This document shows, in pieces, positions 46,859 to 54,718 of a DNA stretch of 64,000 nt. Made by a program: the position numbers and the translations under genes. How positions within the stretch are numbered: the first letter of the stretch is position 1; the number at the start of each line of letters is the position of its first letter. The stretch comes from a bacterium (GTDB lineage Bacteria; Patescibacteriota; Patescibacteriia; Patescibacteriales; UBA12465), in assembly GCA_030696105.1 (NCBI GenBank), contig JAUYNJ010000005.1, forward strand, positions 77,678 through 141,677, read 5' to 3'. The notes beneath the pieces were generated by a model that was given only the letters and a program-made list of their open reading frames with translations, ran no database searches and was not told the origin of the DNA.

Positions 46859-48028
46859 TTAAAAGCTAGTTTGTTTCTTGGTATGCTTCCGCCCGTAATT
46901 AGCAAAGCGATGAGCCTCTTCGCGGACTTTAAGCAGGGTTGGCTTCAAAACGGCCGCTAAGTCTTTGAAATTCTTCGATACTCCTTTAGTAAATACGAGT
47001 CTGTCGCCTCCAAATTTTGAAATACCGACCATCGCCACCTCAATATTTAAACGAGCCAACTCCCGGGAGAGAAAGCTGATTTGCGGACTGCCACCGTCAA
47101 TCATAATTAAGTCAGGGCGAGCCCAGTTTTCGTGTTTAAAGCGTCGAATTAAGGTTTCAAGTAAAGCGCGCTCATCATCCCCTGCTGGAGCCTCTTTAAT
47201 TTTAAACAAGCGATATTCACTTCCCTGTTTTTCGCCATTTTCAAAGACAACCATCGAGGCATAGCTTTCTTTTCCCTGGAAGTGGGAAATATCATAGCCC
47301 TCAATGCGCCGCAAGCGTGGAATAGTTAAATCCTCCTCTTTGTTTAGCAATGAGACTTCTTGAATATGCCTGAAGGCGCGAGCCTGATCGGGGTTTTCCT
47401 TCTCTAACTTCTTAAGCAAACGCGTCCTGTCACCATTAAGAAGCATTATTAGTTTCTTAATATTCTTCTTATATTCTGTTGACGAAATAGCGTCGACGCA
47501 AGCACCGGGACAAACACCAATTTGATAATCAAAGCAGGGGCGTCCGCTGTGAGGCGTGCAGTTGCTATATGGAAATACTCGGCGCAGTAAACGAAGTGCG
47601 GTGTTAATTAAATAGAAGGATTGGTAAGGGCCAAACACTTTATATTGGTTAGATGGGAATTTGCTTAATTCCCGTCCGCGGATAATTATTGGTCTCGGGT
47701 ATTCGGCCTTTTCATTAATTGCCACGTAAATGAATGACCGGTCGTCGCGATCGACGACATTATACTTAGGCCAATATTTTTTAATGTTCGCCGCTTCAAG
47801 AATTATCGCCTCAAGCAAGCTCTCACACTGCGTATAGCTAAGGTCGTCAGCTTGCGCGACCATTTCGCCAATGCGTGGTTCAATATTTTTTTGGAAATAC
47901 TGAGTTAGTCTGTTTTTTAAATTAACAGCTCGTCCCACGTATAACACTTCACCTTTCTTATTGCGCCAAAAATAAACGCCAGGCGCTTTTGGAATTTCCT
48001 TTAATTTATCTTTTAGTGGATGCGGCAT
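46859..48028 (-). CDS. uvrC: excinuclease ABC subunit C, short form (389 aa)
   Basis: GIY-YIG 'GVYFWRNKKGEVLYVGRAVNLKNRL', 'CFDYQIGVCPGAC', endonuclease half 'IEGYDISHFQG...MIDGG...EEAHRFA'. The protein ends directly after this block. Confidence 0.85.
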   Translation of the reverse strand: MPHPLKDKLKEIPKAPGVYFWRNKKGEVLYVGRAVNLKNRLTQYFQKNIEPRIGEMVAQADDLSYTQCESLLEAIILEAANIKKYWPKYNVVDRDDRSFIYVAINEKAEYPRPIIIRGRELSKFPSNQYKVFGPYQSFYLINTALRLLRRVFPYSNCTPHSGRPCFDYQIGVCPGACVDAISSTEYKKNIKKLIMLLNGDRTRLLKKLEKENPDQARAFRHIQEVSLLNKEEDLTIPRLRRIEGYDISHFQGKESYASMVVFENGEKQGSEYRLFKIKEAPAGDDERALLETLIRRFKHENWARPDLIMIDGGSPQISFLSRELARLNIEVAMVGISKFGGDRLVFTKGVSKNFKDLAAVLKPTLLKVREEAHRFANYGRKHTKKQTSF

Positions 48029-48363
48029 TATTTTTGTTTAAAGCTATAAATATTGAGGTCTATTTTACCATTTAGAATTTCTATACCTTCTTTTCTAAGT
48101 ATTTTTATTTTCTGTTCAGAGCCGAAAGCAAAGCCGCCGACGCTACCGTCTGAGCGCACAACTCGGTGGCAAGGAACTATTGGCGCAAATGGATTGTAAT
48201 GTAAGGCCTGTCCGACGGCCTGAGCGCCCTTTTTTAGGCCTAGCTTGGCCGCTAGACGGCCGTAAGTCGACACTTTGCCCTCTGGTATCATCGAGGTGAG
48301 TTCGTATACCCTGGAGGCGAATACACTGACCTTAGTTGAAGAGGTATTTGACATAAATAGCAA
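48028..48363 (-). CDS. ogt: methylated-DNA--protein-cysteine methyltransferase (MGMT/Ogt DNA-binding domain only)
   Basis: 'IVPCHRVV' active site. The true start may be the ATG at 48354. The stop overlaps the uvrC start by 1 nt. Confidence 0.85.
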   Translation of the reverse strand: MLFMSNTSSTKVSVFASRVYELTSMIPEGKVSTYGRLAAKLGLKKGAQAVGQALHYNPFAPIVPCHRVVRSDGSVGGFAFGSEQKIKILRKEGIEILNGKIDLNIYSFKQK

Positions 48364-48376
48364 AAATGACTATAAT
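48348..48376 (+). promoter_or_regulatory. perfect consensus promoter firing away from ogt into the uvrA-ogt gap
   Basis: TTGACA-N17-TATAAT exactly. The -35 box overlaps the ogt start codon region. Confidence 0.65.
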
Positions 48377-48427
48377 ATAATCGGTTAATAATTAGTTCTT
48401 TGATCCTACCAGTGGGGGTATATATTT

Positions 48428-48553
48428 ATGCCAAGCGCTACTGAAGAAATTTCGGTCGCCGCATACACCAGTATATTCACCCCATCAGTGTACAAGACCG
48501 GAGCCAAGCTGCTCCGGTTTTACTTGAAACAAAAAGTTATATATTATATATAG
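48428..48553 (+). CDS. candidate 41-aa small protein (or the body of a small RNA)
   Basis: MPSATEEISVAAYTSIFTPSVYKTGAKLLRFYLKQKVIYYI. A GGGGG tract lies 9 nt upstream of the ATG. The ORF sits between a perfect promoter and a terminator. Confidence 0.3.
   Translation: MPSATEEISVAAYTSIFTPSVYKTGAKLLRFYLKQKVIYYI
48498..48521 (+). terminator. plus-strand hairpin plus U-run inside the small transcript
   Basis: ccggagc-caagct-gctccgg followed by tttt. There is no U-run in the minus orientation. Confidence 0.5.
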
Positions 48554-48567
48554 TGGGAGCGGGATGA

Positions 48568-48597
48568 GGCGGTCAGATTATCGACCGCTTCTTTTTT
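48568..48597 (+). terminator. plus-strand intrinsic terminator abutting the uvrA stop codon
   Basis: ggcggtc-agattatc-gaccgc followed by ttctttttt. In the minus orientation it is preceded by a T-run rather than followed by one. Confidence 0.65.
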
Positions 48598-51103
48598 AAT
48601 CAAGGTATTCCTTTAAGTATTGCCCGGTGATACTATTTTTGTTCGCCGCAATTTGTTCAGGCGTGCCTGACGCGACCAGTTTGCCACCTTTTTCACCGCC
48701 ATCAGGGCCAAGGTCAAGAATGTAGTCCATCGATTTTAACATATGCAGATTATGTTCGATTACCAGTACTGAATTTCCCTTCTCTACAAGCTTATTTAAG
48801 ACATCAAGTAACATGGCAATATCATAATAATGCAAGCCAGTCGTTGGTTCATCGAGCAAGTAAAGTGTGCGTTTACCAAGCGTGTGAGTCAACTCTTTAC
48901 CAATCTTCACTCGTTGCGCCTCACCACCTGATAGAGTGGTCGCTGATTGTCCAAGTTTTAGATAGCCAAGCCCAACTGACTGTAAAACTTTCAACTTATC
49001 ACTAATATAATAATTTTCTTCAAATAATTCTACACCCTCATCAATTGTCATCTCCAGCACATCGGCGATGCTTTTCCCTTTATACTTAACCTGCAATGTC
49101 TCACGGTTAAAACGACGTCCACGACAAACTTCACATTCCACTAGCACCGGTGGCAGGAAGTGCATTTCAATTAGATTTGAGCCGGCGCCCTCACAGGCCT
49201 CACAGCGCCCACCCGGACGGTTGAAGGAAAAACGAGAAATTGTATAAGCACGCTCTTTCGCGTCCGGTAGTGAGGCATAGAAATCACGAATAGGCGTGAA
49301 TATACCCGTATAAGTTGCTGGGTTAGAGCGGGGTGTGCGACCAATTGGCGATTGGTTGATAACGACAATCTTACTTACATATTCAGCACCCTTTATTTCT
49401 TCAACATCCTCCAGGCGTGAGCGCTTACCCGGATTATTTTTGATATAGGATAAATTCTTGTACAGCACGTCGTAAAGCAAAGAAGATTTACCAGAGCCAG
49501 ACACGCCACTGATTCCGACTAAGCGGCCGAGCGGTATTTCTGCTTTTACATTTTTTAGATTGTTACTCCTTGCTCCAATTATTTTTAGGCTACCGTGATT
49601 CTGTGAGCGACGTTTCTCCGGTAAATCAATTTTTTTGTGGCCAGCAAGATACTGTAGTGTGAGCGATTGACTACCAGGATTCTTTTTATCGGCCTCTAAT
49701 AGTTTTTTGGTTACGCCCTGGGCTTCAACTTCCCCGCCATGCACACCGGCTAGCGGACCGAGGTCGACTAAGTAATCGGAAGCTAGAATTGTTCTCTCGT
49801 CATGTTCAACGATAATAACGGTGTTATTTTTATCGCGTAAAGTTTCTAAGGTTTTAATTAAGCGATCAGTGTCACGTTCGTGTAGACCAATCGTTGGTTC
49901 GTCGAGCACGTATAAAGTGCGCGATAATTGTGAACCAATCTGTGATGACAGGCGAATGCGCTGCGCCTCCCCGCCAGATAAAGATTCAGCTTCACGATCA
50001 AGTGATAAATAATTCAAACCAACCTTATTTAAAAATTCTAGACGATTAATAATCTGTGAGAGCACATTATCAGCAATCGTCATTTGACGCTTTGTCATTT
50101 TCTGATAAAACTTCCAAAAAAAGTCATAAGCCTTATCAATGCTTAAGTGACTTGTTTCCGCAATATTCTTGCCATCAATTCGTACTGATAAGGACTCAGG
50201 GCGCAAACGTGAACCCTTACACTCGGCACAGGTTTTGTCAGCATGGAAGCCAATTTTACCTAGCCCTGAGCATTGTGGGCAGGCACCGTGTGGTGAATTG
50301 AAGGAAAATAGACGCGGCTCAACCTCGGGAAAGGAAAAATTATCAATTGGACAGGTCCAGTTTGATGACAACAAAAATTCTTGCTTCTTAAACAATACTG
50401 TTACTAAGCCATTGCTATATTGCAGAGCGCTTTCAACCGCTTCAAACAAGCGACCCTCATCGGTGAGCATAATTTTATCAATCACAATATCAATATTATG
50501 CTTCTTCTTAGCGTTAAGCTTTATACTGTCACGAAGATTAATAATTTTGCCATCAACCCGCGCTTCAGCGTAACCCAGAGCGAGATTATCATATAAGAGC
50601 TGATAATACTCTCCCTTGCGGTCGCGTACGACCGGGCTCAGGATAGTTACGTATTCCTCTTTATATTCTTGTCCACGGTTGAGAATTATATCAATCATTT
50701 CCTCAAGTGTGAGCTTATCAATCTTAGTGCCACAGTGTGGACAGAATACTTCGCCGACGCGCGCATAGAGAACGCGTAAGTAGTCGTGTACTTCGGTTAA
50801 AGTGCCGACGGTGGAACGAGGATTATGTGATAAGGCTTTTTGGTCAATCGAAATGGCGGGCGCAAGACCAAGTATTTCATCCACATCGGCCGGCTTTTTT
50901 TGACCAAGAAACTGACGCATATATGGTGATAAGGACTCAACATATTGTCTTTGTCCTTCGGCAAATATGGTATCAAAAGCCAGGGACGATTTTCCTGAAC
51001 CGGAAACGCCAGTTATCACCGACAAGGAATTATGCGGAATTTCCAAGTTGATATTTTTTAAATTGTGCATCCTCGCACCGCGGATGATTATTTTATCTTG
51101 CAT
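48596..51103 (-). CDS. uvrA: excinuclease ABC subunit A (835 aa, lacks the insertion domain)
   Basis: Two ABC modules ('GVSGSGKSSLAFDT', 'GVSGSGKSSLLYDV', two 'LSGGEAQR'). The Zn-module Cys pairs 'CPQCSGLG' and 'CAECKGSR' are separated by only 11 aa. Confidence 0.95.
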   Translation of the reverse strand: MQDKIIIRGARMHNLKNINLEIPHNSLSVITGVSGSGKSSLAFDTIFAEGQRQYVESLSPYMRQFLGQKKPADVDEILGLAPAISIDQKALSHNPRSTVGTLTEVHDYLRVLYARVGEVFCPHCGTKIDKLTLEEMIDIILNRGQEYKEEYVTILSPVVRDRKGEYYQLLYDNLALGYAEARVDGKIINLRDSIKLNAKKKHNIDIVIDKIMLTDEGRLFEAVESALQYSNGLVTVLFKKQEFLLSSNWTCPIDNFSFPEVEPRLFSFNSPHGACPQCSGLGKIGFHADKTCAECKGSRLRPESLSVRIDGKNIAETSHLSIDKAYDFFWKFYQKMTKRQMTIADNVLSQIINRLEFLNKVGLNYLSLDREAESLSGGEAQRIRLSSQIGSQLSRTLYVLDEPTIGLHERDTDRLIKTLETLRDKNNTVIIVEHDERTILASDYLVDLGPLAGVHGGEVEAQGVTKKLLEADKKNPGSQSLTLQYLAGHKKIDLPEKRRSQNHGSLKIIGARSNNLKNVKAEIPLGRLVGISGVSGSGKSSLLYDVLYKNLSYIKNNPGKRSRLEDVEEIKGAEYVSKIVVINQSPIGRTPRSNPATYTGIFTPIRDFYASLPDAKERAYTISRFSFNRPGGRCEACEGAGSNLIEMHFLPPVLVECEVCRGRRFNRETLQVKYKGKSIADVLEMTIDEGVELFEENYYISDKLKVLQSVGLGYLKLGQSATTLSGGEAQRVKIGKELTHTLGKRTLYLLDEPTTGLHYYDIAMLLDVLNKLVEKGNSVLVIEHNLHMLKSMDYILDLGPDGGEKGGKLVASGTPEQIAANKNSITGQYLKEYLD

Positions 51104-51118
51104 GTTTCAAAATCAGAA

Positions 51119-51545
51119 TTATTTATAAATCTTACCTAACTTATACCTTTCAATCATCAGGCGCGGACCCTCAAATAATGGTTCTGGTAATTTGTTTAAA
51201 TCGAACCATTCCCAGCGGTCCCATTTCTCCGGTTCCTTTACAGTCGGATTCCCGCTCGCTGCGTGAGCCAGGAAGCCGATGTTGACGTAGTGCTTCCCTT
51301 CATCTAGTCCACCAAGCTCATCTGCAACTGATATTAACTCTAAATCACTGACAATTAAACCCGCCTCTTCATAAGTTTCGCGGATGGCCGCCTGAGACAT
51401 TTTTTCACAAATTCAAGATGTCCACCCGGGAAACTCCAGGTACCATATCCGTGCTTTGATAGCCGCAGGCCAAGCAAGACTTTCCCTGACTATTTTTAAC
51501 CATTACGCCCAAACCAACTTTGGGGCGATTGTTCTCGTTTTCCAT
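51119..51545 (-). pseudogene. Nudix hydrolase disrupted by two 1-nt frameshifts
   Basis: Three frames read in succession: MENENNRPKVGLGVMVKNSQG | KVLLGLRLSKHGYGTWSFPGGHLEF | (GEK)MSQAAIRETYEEAGL.... Together they rebuild a Nudix box, with the shifts at cagggaaag and gtgaaaaaatg. Confidence 0.7.
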
Positions 51546-51583
51546 AGATTTAAAATGATGTATATAGATATACTAAGTTCACT

Positions 51584-53515
51584 TTACGCTTTCTTTCGCC
51601 CTCGACTTCTCTGTGCATCGGAGCGTCTATCAGGGCTTTTTTGCTGTTTGCGTTTCGGGTCATAACTTTCATTTTCAGCGCGTTCAGTTTCGAGACCGAG
51701 CAGACTCTCAATTGTCTTAATAATAGTTTTCGGAGTAATACCGTGCTTGGCATTATATTTCAACTGAATATCGCGGCGCCTGCGTGATTCACTAATCGCT
51801 TTATTCATCGAATCGGTTTCTTTGTCAGCGTAAAGAATAATCTTACCGGAGACATTACGAGCAGCGCGACCCATAATCTGCATCAGCGATGTTTGAGAGC
51901 GTAAGAATCCCTCACGATCAGCATCAAGGATGGCGACCAGCGTAACTTCGGGCAAGTCTAGTCCTTCGCGCAATAAATTGACGCCAATCAAGACATCGAA
52001 TGCGCCTTCACGGAAAGCTTTCAAAATATCAGTGCGTTCGAATGTTTTAATATCTGAATGGAGATAATTTGCTTTAATGCCCTTCTGATTTAAGAAGGTG
52101 CTTAAATCCTCTGCTTGCTTTTTAGTGAGAGTATTAATAATAACGCGTTCATGTTTAGCGGCGAGACGTTCAACTTCAATCATTACGTCATTAATCTGAC
52201 TATAGTTTTTATCTTTTTCAAATACTGGTCGGATTTCAATTTCTGGATCAACCAGTCCGGTCGGACGAATAATCTGTTCAACCACTTGCTTAGAGTGCTC
52301 CCGTTCGTAATCACCGGGGGTGGCGGTGGTAAATATTACTTGACCAACACGACGCTGGAATTCAGTAAACTTTAGTGGCCTGTTATCTAAAGCGCTCGGC
52401 AGGCGCCAGCCATATTGAACCAGCACGTTCTTGCGAGCTTTGTCGCCGTTATACATCCCTCTGATTTGTGGCACCGCAATATGCGACTCATCAATGATAG
52501 TAAGGAAGTCAGGTTTTCCATCTTTCCAGGGGAAATAACTTAAGAGCGGGTCAGGGGCTTCACCTGGCAGCTTGCCAGATAGATGACGAGAGTAGTTTTC
52601 AATACCGTGACAGTAGCCAAGAGTGTGAAGCATTTCCATATCATAGCGCGTGCGTCTTTCTAAGCGCTCAGCCTCGAGTAGTAAACCTTCCTTACGAAAA
52701 TGGGCAAGACGGTCTTGCAGTTCTTCGTTAATATTTTTAATCGCCTCTTCAATTTGCGGTTGCGTTGAAATGAAGTGCTTCGGTGGGAAGATAACAATCT
52801 CCTCAAGATTTTCTAAGATGTTTTTAGTGGTATTATCAATAACACTCAAATCAGAAACTGTTTGCGCCGCCATGTCGACTCGATAGACGATATTTTCAGA
52901 CATTGGTCTAATTTCAAAGGCATCGCCGCGTACTCGAAACTGCCCGCGCTTAACTTCACCGGTAACACGCTCGAATTGCATGCTTATAAGTTGTCGAATT
53001 AAATCGGCGCGAGTAATAACGTCCCCTTTCTCTAAATGCAAGGATGCCTGCAGATAGTTTAAGGGCACGCCGAGATTGTAGATACAGGACACTGAGGCCA
53101 CAATAATAACATCGCGTCGGCTGAGCAAAGCCGATGTCGCACCATGACGTAGTCTGTCCATTTCTTCATTAATCATCGCTTCTTTATCTATATAAGTGTC
53201 AGTTATCGGTAAATAGGCTTCAGGTTGATAGTAATCATAATATGAAACGAAGTAATGAACTGCGTTTTCGGGGAAAAAGTTTTTATACTCACGATACAGC
53301 TGAGCAGCCAAGGCTTTGTTGGGCGCGATCACTAGGGCTGGCTTATCGTAATGTGCAATGATGTTTGCCGCTGTGAAGGTTTTACCAGACCCCGTCACCC
53401 CTAATAATGTTTGATAATCAAAACCAGCCTTCAGACCTTTTTTTAGATTTGCAATGGCAGCAGGTTGATCACCGGCTGGTTCGAATTCTGATTTTAAATT
53501 AAAGATAGCTGACAT
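51584..53515 (-). CDS. uvrB: excinuclease ABC subunit B (643 aa)
   Basis: 'LLGVTGSGKTFT', 'IDESH', helicase motifs and the beta-hairpin region. The C-terminus is a basic tail without a recognisable UVR motif. Confidence 0.95.
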   Translation of the reverse strand: MSAIFNLKSEFEPAGDQPAAIANLKKGLKAGFDYQTLLGVTGSGKTFTAANIIAHYDKPALVIAPNKALAAQLYREYKNFFPENAVHYFVSYYDYYQPEAYLPITDTYIDKEAMINEEMDRLRHGATSALLSRRDVIIVASVSCIYNLGVPLNYLQASLHLEKGDVITRADLIRQLISMQFERVTGEVKRGQFRVRGDAFEIRPMSENIVYRVDMAAQTVSDLSVIDNTTKNILENLEEIVIFPPKHFISTQPQIEEAIKNINEELQDRLAHFRKEGLLLEAERLERRTRYDMEMLHTLGYCHGIENYSRHLSGKLPGEAPDPLLSYFPWKDGKPDFLTIIDESHIAVPQIRGMYNGDKARKNVLVQYGWRLPSALDNRPLKFTEFQRRVGQVIFTTATPGDYEREHSKQVVEQIIRPTGLVDPEIEIRPVFEKDKNYSQINDVMIEVERLAAKHERVIINTLTKKQAEDLSTFLNQKGIKANYLHSDIKTFERTDILKAFREGAFDVLIGVNLLREGLDLPEVTLVAILDADREGFLRSQTSLMQIMGRAARNVSGKIILYADKETDSMNKAISESRRRRDIQLKYNAKHGITPKTIIKTIESLLGLETERAENESYDPKRKQQKSPDRRSDAQRSRGRKKA

Positions 53516-53629
53516 AGGTCAATTTATAGTCAAAAAGCGGAAGATTGCTTCCGATATATGTGTATAGATAAGAATTGTAACCGTTTAAGAATTGACATGA
53601 TTGTCGGATTACGGTGCGCCTATTGTAGC

Positions 53630-53665
53630 ACGAAATAAACAAAAATAACAGGCTTTACCTGTTAT
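53630..53665 (-). terminator. terminator after ldh
   Basis: ataacagg-cttta-cctgttat. A U-rich run follows on the minus strand. Confidence 0.7.
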
Positions 53666-53699
53666 CTTCGGTCTCAACTCAAATTCATAAATCTAAGCT

Positions 53700-54623
53700 T
53701 TATTTTAAGCCATTTTCAGCCTGTTTTAACTTGTTAGCGGACTTCCGGAAAAGCTCTTTTTCCGTTTTATTCATAACAATATCAATTTTGCGCTCAATAC
53801 CGTTTTCGCCGATAACTCGTGGCAGACTAAGACACACATCTTTAATACCCATTTCACCTTCAAGCAGGTGAGAGACTGTAAAGACAGTCCTTTTATTCAG
53901 GAGCACGGCTTTAACCAATTTAACCAATCCAGCGGCAATTGCATAATAGGTTGCCTGCTTTCCTTCAATAATAGCATAGGCAGCGTTCTTGGCGTTTTCA
54001 AATATTTGTTTCTTCTGTTTATCGTTTAATTTTACAAAGCGGTCAAGCGGCGTACTGCCAATTGTTGCACTGCTCCATAGAGGCAATTCACTGTCACCGT
54101 GTTCACCGACAATGAAGGCGTGAACACTTTTGGGGTTCACGTCCATCTTCTCGCCTAGCAAATAACGGAAGCGGGCAGTATCTAAAATCGTTCCTGAGCC
54201 AAAAATCTGATTTTTCTTTTTGGGATACATCTTGATAGCGATGTTTGTCAAAATATCAACTGGATTCGTAACCATGATAACAATAATGTCAGGATTAGCT
54301 CTAAACACACGCGGTAGTATTTCTTTGATAATGGCAGCATTCTTCTTTAAGAGGTCAAGGCGCGTTTCTCCTGGTTTTTGTGCGGCGCCGCAAGTGATTA
54401 TAACAATTGGGCTGTCAATCAAATCATCGTAATCACCAGCCTTAATATTTGTGTAGCCCCAAAAAGGCATCGAATGTTGTAAATCCATCGCTTGTGCGAC
54501 GGCGAGCTTTTTATCAATATCAATTAAGGCAATCTCTTCTGTGATATCAGAGGCAATTAAACCAAAGGCGGTCGTGCTACCAACCATCCCCGCGCCAATA
54601 ATAGATACTTTATCTTTCTTCAT
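53700..54623 (-). CDS. ldh: L-lactate dehydrogenase
   Basis: 'KVSIIGAGMVGSTTAF', 'GAAQKPGETRLDL' (Gln at the substrate-specificity position, as in LDH) and 'GEHGDS'. Confidence 0.88.
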   Translation of the reverse strand: MKKDKVSIIGAGMVGSTTAFGLIASDITEEIALIDIDKKLAVAQAMDLQHSMPFWGYTNIKAGDYDDLIDSPIVIITCGAAQKPGETRLDLLKKNAAIIKEILPRVFRANPDIIVIMVTNPVDILTNIAIKMYPKKKNQIFGSGTILDTARFRYLLGEKMDVNPKSVHAFIVGEHGDSELPLWSSATIGSTPLDRFVKLNDKQKKQIFENAKNAAYAIIEGKQATYYAIAAGLVKLVKAVLLNKRTVFTVSHLLEGEMGIKDVCLSLPRVIGENGIERKIDIVMNKTEKELFRKSANKLKQAENGLK

Positions 54624-54718
54624 AAAATTAAGTTGAGAAATTATATCTTAATTTTAGCATTAAGAGGGCATGTATAACAAGTCTGAGCTCGCACTGCGCC
54701 GAGCATTTGAAATCAGAT

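Noticed and set aside
51456-51753. Track ORFs 51456-51665 (+) and 51550-51753 (-).
   Set aside because: They overlap the Nudix pseudogene remnants and the 3' end of uvrB in other frames, and have no recognisable features.
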